The notes beneath the pieces were generated by a model. It was not told the origin of the DNA, did no database searches, and worked only from the letters and a program-made list of their open reading frames with translations. From Myxococcota bacterium (GTDB lineage Bacteria > Myxococcota_C > UBA6777), in contig JAKLKB010000017.1 in the NCBI GenBank assembly GCA_023150835.1, positions 1 to 64,000 on the forward strand: a stretch of DNA of 64,000 nucleotides, written 5' to 3'. The translations under genes were made by a program, and so were the position numbers. The stretch's first letter is position 1; the number at the start of each line of letters is the position of its first letter. Below, one piece after another: positions 59,104 through 64,000 of this stretch.

Positions 59104-60735
59104 ATGAAAACGTGTCCACAATGCCAATGCCCAGCCCTTGATGACACGGCAGAGTGCATCTTGTGTGGGGCTTCTCTAGCCGCCAACACAACACCTGAAA
59201 CCCACAGCCAAGCGGGTGAACCACCGCTCTCTTCGACTGCATCGGCTCCTGCGCCTCGGCCTGTGTCATCGACTCCTGCGCCTCCACCTGCGCCATCAAC
59301 CCAATCGCCTCCGCCCGTGTATTCAGGCGGCACAGACGAATTTGTCGCTGTTCCAAGCACCGTCTCCATCGCCAACCTCCACACCCTTACCTCACCGATC
59401 GCTCCAACAGAGCCTCCCCCACAAAAAAGCGGAACCGCTGACTTTGTTGCGGTTCCCGCCACCTCATCTCTGTCTTCTGAGCAAAAAAGCGGAACTGCCG
59501 ACTTTATCGCCGTTCCTGCAAACACAGCACTTCCTTTACCTCCCATCGAAGTACCCAAGGCCGCGCAGCCACCGCCACCTCCGACGGAAGCGCCCAAGGC
59601 CGCGCAGCCACCACCACCTCCGATAGAAGCACCCAAGGCCGCGCAGCCACCGCCGCCTCCGATGGAAGCACCCAAGGCCGCGCAGCCACCGCCACCTCCG
59701 ATGGAAGCACCCAAGGCCGCGCAGCCACCGCCACCTCCGATGGAAGCACCCAAGGCCGCGCAGCCACCGCTGCCTCCAGCCGAAGCACTCCATGTTGCAC
59801 AACCACCGCCGCCTCCGATGGAAGCGCTCAAAGCTGCGCAGCCACCGCCACCTCCGATGGAAGCACTCCATGTTGCACAACCACCACCGCCCATGCGGGA
59901 TTTTAGCTCGATAGAAACAGGCAAGGCCGAGTCGTGGGAGTCCGAAGGTGAGGCGGCATGGGAGCAAGGGGCCTCTTCCAAAGCTTCGCGGTTACCGTTG
60001 ATCTTGGGCGGAGCGAGTGTCTTGCTGATCGTGGGGGCTTTGTGGGTAGGGCTGTTCTCGAAGACGACTCCGCAACTTCCCCCAACACAGCGAACGCAAT
60101 CCAAAGGTGACGAGGCTCCGATGGCGCGCCGCACGAGAGAAAAGCCCTCTGCTCGGGCACTTGCAGCCTTATCTCCCGATGCACAGGGGCAAGCCTCCGA
60201 TGCAAAACCACCGATTGTAGACGCAAAGCCCCGAGCGCCCGAGGTCAAAGAGGCTTCGTCTCAGAGGGAGGAACCTGCGCCAGATCGTCGCGAGCAAGAA
60301 ACCCCCCAAGAAAGGCAACTCACAGCCCCGCCAAACGGAGACGATCCCACACCGACGAAGGCTTCCCCTACCCCGAAGATTCGGCGTCCTCAACCCGTTC
60401 GTCGCCCTCGGCCTGCTCGCCGCGTCGTTGCACGAAAAGCCTCCGTCCGTTCGGGAGGGTGCCAAGCGGTTGCAGGGATGCGTGCGCTCCGCCTTCTATC
60501 GGTCGGGATGCCTTTGCATAAGGTGATGATCCGTGTGCAAAGCTCGGTGATCTCGCCTAATGCGCAGGGATGTATCCAGATCCCTGCGTCTACGAATGTG
60601 CTGATGCTCGCTTACAAACCCGATGTTACAGCGTATCACCTCTGCCAAATGAAGTTATCGTCTCGCACGACCATCCGTTTTGCTTTGGTGGATGCCAATA
60701 TCGCGCCTCCCGCAGACGGTGGCTGTTCGAAATAA
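59104..60735 (+). CDS. Zinc-ribbon, Pro-rich bitopic membrane protein
   Basis: Start re-set to MKTCPQC (AAGGAG RBS). CxxC..CxxC; EAPKAAQPPPPP repeats; one TM helix. Confidence 0.75.
   Translation: MKTCPQCQCPALDDTAECILCGASLAANTTPETHSQAGEPPLSSTASAPAPRPVSSTPAPPPAPSTQSPPPVYSGGTDEFVAVPSTVSIANLHTLTSPIAPTEPPPQKSGTADFVAVPATSSLSSEQKSGTADFIAVPANTALPLPPIEVPKAAQPPPPPTEAPKAAQPPPPPIEAPKAAQPPPPPMEAPKAAQPPPPPMEAPKAAQPPPPPMEAPKAAQPPLPPAEALHVAQPPPPPMEALKAAQPPPPPMEALHVAQPPPPMRDFSSIETGKAESWESEGEAAWEQGASSKASRLPLILGGASVLLIVGALWVGLFSKTTPQLPPTQRTQSKGDEAPMARRTREKPSARALAALSPDAQGQASDAKPPIVDAKPRAPEVKEASSQREEPAPDRREQETPQERQLTAPPNGDDPTPTKASPTPKIRRPQPVRRPRPARRVVARKASVRSGGCQAVAGMRALRLLSVGMPLHKVMIRVQSSVISPNAQGCIQIPASTNVLMLAYKPDVTAYHLCQMKLSSRTTIRFALVDANIAPPADGGCSK
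59540..59895 (+). repeat. Intragenic 39-bp tandem repeats (MEAPKAAQPPPPP) x ~9
   Basis: GAAGCACCCAAGGCCGCGCAGCCACCGCCACCTCCGATG units. Confidence 0.9.
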
Positions 60736-60749
60736 TTACGGAGATCTCA

Positions 60750-61826
60750 ATGCAATATCCGTTTCAATCTAGTGATACGGGCCGATACAAGGGGCATTCC
60801 ATTACGGTGTGGACTTGGAGGCTCGTTTGGTGTGGTTTGGGAGTTTTGGTTTCTCCCTATCTATCGGGAAGATCAGTGGCCTTTGCGCAAGATACCGCTT
60901 CTCCCGAGATCAAACAGGAGAGTGAGCGCTGCTTCCAACTTTATCGGAAAAAGTTTTTTTTGCAGTCTGCGCCTTGTTATGAAGCACTTCGCAAAAAACA
61001 CAAATCTCCCCAATATCTCGTCAATATCGCCCAATCGTATCGGCTTGCTGCACTCAACCAATTGAACCCCACCGATGCTGCGATCTTGCGAGAAAAAGCC
61101 ATCGCTGCGCTCGAAGAACACAAGAAAGAAGCCCCCCAGTCGAACTTTTGGTCAGACAGCATGATCCAAAAATTAGAAAAATTAATCGGTTCTGCGGGAG
61201 TTTCTTTGTCAAGTGCGCCTGTCAGCGCGGAGTTTGTGTTGACTGGAGACAAGTATCTTCGCAAAGGCACGATGCCGTTGACCGCCAAGCTGCGGCCCGG
61301 AACGTACACCCTCCAACTCACGGCCAACGGCTATCTTCCGAAACAACACACCCTTGAAGTAAAACCCGAAACACCCGTGACCTTGCGTCTGGACATGGTG
61401 GTCGCTGCGCCCCTTGCTCGCAAGCCTGACGACCGAAAACCCGACGTTCGGGGCTTTGACGGTGCGATCTCGTCGCCTGTCAAACCGTCCGCTTCTTCCA
61501 AGCCAAGACCTCTCGCGTGGGCTGCGGTAGCTGTGGCAGGGGCTTTGATCGTAACGGGGGTGGTGTTTGTGGGGGTCTCCGCAAGCAACCAAGGGCAGAT
61601 CGCCAATCCTGCGACGCCTGCACGTCAAGCCCGTGATGCCTTGTACCAGAGCGGTTGGCAAACGCCGACAGGTTGGACTTTTGTGGGACTTGGAGCGGCT
61701 GCGGGGATCGGCGCGGCGGTGTTGTTCTTTCTGCCCCAAAAGCAAACCGCAGCCCCAAAAACAGCCTCGCTTCTCTTCCCTTCTGTTCTCCCTTCGTTGC
61801 CCTCTGTTCGCACCGAGTCTCCGTAA
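60750..61826 (+). CDS. TPR + PEGA domain membrane protein
   Basis: Start re-set to MQYPFQ (GGAG RBS). TPR-like LVNIAQSYR; PEGA S.P..A..LRPGTYTLQLTANGY; two C-terminal TM helices. Confidence 0.78.
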   Translation: MQYPFQSSDTGRYKGHSITVWTWRLVWCGLGVLVSPYLSGRSVAFAQDTASPEIKQESERCFQLYRKKFFLQSAPCYEALRKKHKSPQYLVNIAQSYRLAALNQLNPTDAAILREKAIAALEEHKKEAPQSNFWSDSMIQKLEKLIGSAGVSLSSAPVSAEFVLTGDKYLRKGTMPLTAKLRPGTYTLQLTANGYLPKQHTLEVKPETPVTLRLDMVVAAPLARKPDDRKPDVRGFDGAISSPVKPSASSKPRPLAWAAVAVAGALIVTGVVFVGVSASNQGQIANPATPARQARDALYQSGWQTPTGWTFVGLGAAAGIGAAVLFFLPQKQTAAPKTASLLFPSVLPSLPSVRTESP

Positions 61827-62001
61827 TTTTTCTTTTTATCAAGACGACAGATCTCATCGGACAGGCTTAGACGAGATCCGAGTGATGTATACACAAAGGA
61901 GAGTGCGTAGACGCCCGATTGTTGGGCAGCCACACCTGTCTGCCCCTACGTTTTGCGATCACGCTATGGGCGGATCTCGTATAAGTCCTATAAAAAGAAA
62001 A

Positions 62002-62760
62002 TTACGGATCTTCGGGGACGAAGCGATAACCGACGCCCCAGACGGTTTGGATCAGGGTGGGTTCTTTGGGGTCGCGTTCGAGTTTTTTGCGGAGCTTGCT
62101 GATGTGGACGTCGACGGAGCGGTCGAATACTTCGAACTCGCGGCCACGAACGAGATCGAGGAGCTGTTCGCGTTTCCAGACGTGGTGGGGGCGATGGGCG
62201 ATCAACCAGAGCAGATCAAATTCGGAGGCGGTGAGTTCGATCGGCTGGTTTCGGCAGAAGACTTCGCGGGTGGTTTGGTTGATCGACAAGGTGCCGATGA
62301 TAAGGGTTTCTTGGGCGGGGCTTTGTGGAGAGGTGGCGTGTGGGTTTGTGGGGGCTGGGGGTGGTTGGGCTTGTGCGTCAAGCTGAATGCGCCGAAGGAT
62401 GGCACGGATACGGGCGACGAGTTCGCGTAGGCTGAAAGGTTTGGGCAGATAGTCATCCGCGCCGATTTCGAAACCGACGATGCGGTCGGTTTCTTCGCCG
62501 CGAGCGGTGAGCATGAGGATGGGGATCGCAGCGGTGGAGGGGTGGGCGCGGAGTTGTCGGCATATCTCTAAACCGTCCATGCTGGGAAGCATCAGATCGA
62601 GCAGGACAAGATCAAAGGGAGCATCGCGGGCGGCACGAAGTCCAGCGTTTCCGTCTTCTTCCCATTGCACGAAGAATCCGTAGTTTTCGAGGTATTGGCA
62701 GGTATGTTCGGCAAGGATGGTATCGTCTTCGATGAGCAAGATACGCGATGTTTCGGACAT
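62002..62760 (-). CDS. OmpR-family response regulator
   Basis: ILLIEDD, LLDLMLP, GADDYLPKPF, DRSVDVHISKLRKKLE, IQTVWGVGYRF. Confidence 0.95.
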   Translation of the reverse strand: MSETSRILLIEDDTILAEHTCQYLENYGFFVQWEEDGNAGLRAARDAPFDLVLLDLMLPSMDGLEICRQLRAHPSTAAIPILMLTARGEETDRIVGFEIGADDYLPKPFSLRELVARIRAILRRIQLDAQAQPPPAPTNPHATSPQSPAQETLIIGTLSINQTTREVFCRNQPIELTASEFDLLWLIAHRPHHVWKREQLLDLVRGREFEVFDRSVDVHISKLRKKLERDPKEPTLIQTVWGVGYRFVPEDP

Positions 62761-62886
62761 GATCGCCTCCTTTGAGCGGTTTGGATCGGAAGGATAGTCT
62801 CAGATGTAAAAAAAGTGTAGGCCCCTAGAGCGCGGAATAAAGGGGGATTAGGTTGTGTGGAGGTGAGGCATCAGGAGGAGTCAGCG

Positions 62887-64000
62887 ATGTGGCGTTGGTT
62901 GATGGGTCGGTTGTATCGGAAGTTGATCTTGAGTCATATCTTGGTGTTGTTGGCGTTGTTTGTGTTGATGGGTGGGGTGTTGCGTGTGTTTTATGTGGCG
63001 TATGTGGATCGAGCGCTGCGCGAGCGTTTTTGGGCGCAAACGACGTTGCTGTTGCAGCGGTTGGAGTCGATGGATCGGCGACTGCATTATGATCGAGAGA
63101 TGACGCCGCCCGCGCCCGAGCGGAGACCTTGGTGGAAGCGGTGGAGAGAGGGGCGGGCCTCCAAGCCGAAGCAAGAGGCGTCTAGCAAGCTGACGACGCA
63201 GGGAAAAGCAGGTCGCGTTCGGGTGGCGGCGTGGCTGGGTCAAGAGTGGGTCCAAGAGCGCTTGCGTGCGTGGTCTTTGTTGTTGAATGCGCGGGTGTTT
63301 GTGCATGATCGGGATATCTCTTGTTGGTTGGATGTGATGCCGAAGCGCTTTTCGGGGGCGTTGCGTCGGGTGGATGATCTGCGCTCGCGGGTGCAAGTGC
63401 GAGTGTTTGCGAGGCAGCGATGCCCGCGACGTTTGCGTCGGATGTATCGGCATTATCGGCGTAGCTTTGTACCGCATTGGGTGTTGACGCGGCGTTTGCA
63501 GGTGGAGGGGGTAGGGGAGGTGGAGCTGACTTTTTGGCAGATGTCACCCGTTCATTTGGAGGGGGCGGGTGTTTCGGTGCCGTTGGTGTTGATGGTATTG
63601 TTTGTGGGGTTGGCGTTATTGACGATCCCGATCAGTCGGAATATCGGGCGTCCATTGCGGCATTTGATGGAGCGTGTAAAGCGGATACCACAGGGGGATC
63701 TTGCGGATCCGATCGAGATTCGAGGGACAGATGAGGTTGCGGATCTTGCTCGAACCATCGAGGAGATGCGGCGTTCGCTGTTGCATCTGCACGAGCAGAG
63801 GGCGGCGTTGTTGTCAGATATCTCGCATGAGATGCGAACACCTCTGGCGCGGATACGGATGGTGGCGGAGTCTGTGGCGGATGGATTGATGCGGGAGGCG
63901 GCTCCGTTGGAGCGGGCGATGGAGGGGATCTGCGTGCAGGTGGATGAAGTCAATCAGATGTTGGGGGATCTGCTCGAACTGGCGCGTTTTGAAGTACCCT
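62887..64000 (+). CDS. HAMP-domain sensor histidine kinase (runs off the window)
   Basis: Manually translated open frame MWRWLMGRLY..., with two TM helices, HAMP (RPLRHL..GDL..DEVADLA) and H-box DISHEMRTPLARI. AGGAGG RBS. Missing from the ORF track because it has no stop in the window. Confidence 0.9.
   Translation, partial: MWRWLMGRLYRKLILSHILVLLALFVLMGGVLRVFYVAYVDRALRERFWAQTTLLLQRLESMDRRLHYDREMTPPAPERRPWWKRWREGRASKPKQEASSKLTTQGKAGRVRVAAWLGQEWVQERLRAWSLLLNARVFVHDRDISCWLDVMPKRFSGALRRVDDLRSRVQVRVFARQRCPRRLRRMYRHYRRSFVPHWVLTRRLQVEGVGEVELTFWQMSPVHLEGAGVSVPLVLMVLFVGLALLTIPISRNIGRPLRHLMERVKRIPQGDLADPIEIRGTDEVADLARTIEEMRRSLLHLHEQRAALLSDISHEMRTPLARIRMVAESVADGLMREAAPLERAMEGICVQVDEVNQMLGDLLELARFEVP

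Overview
This 64-kb window looks like chromosome from a Myxococcota-type bacterium, inferred from the MopE-like Cys-rich repeat protein, PEGA protein, Cys-rich lipoproteins and a myxobacterial NuiA-like remnant. It opens in the 3' end of a 5S rRNA gene. The left half holds an orphan Pycsar-effector-like (DUF5706) membrane gene, two paralogous Cys-rich CxxCH lipoproteins, and two paralogous lipoproteins that each carry two group-1 truncated globin domains with Cys at E10. It also holds a cusB gene and a single ORF fusing a CusA RND pump to a TolC-type channel. The centre is a complete type I-B CRISPR-Cas locus: about 57 identical 38-nt repeats, cas1-cas2-cas4 divergent from cas6-cas8b-cas7-cas5-cas3, plus an unknown gene, a 42-bp tandem array and repeat-like motifs in the leader. 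The right part holds mnmH, a DUF3754 gene, two vWA genes, ABC transporters, an Hsp70 (YegD-like) gene and a two-component pair. At least eight diverged copies of a ~125-nt structured intergenic element are scattered across the window. All calls come from reading motifs by eye; no database searches were run, and coordinates and counts were made by hand.
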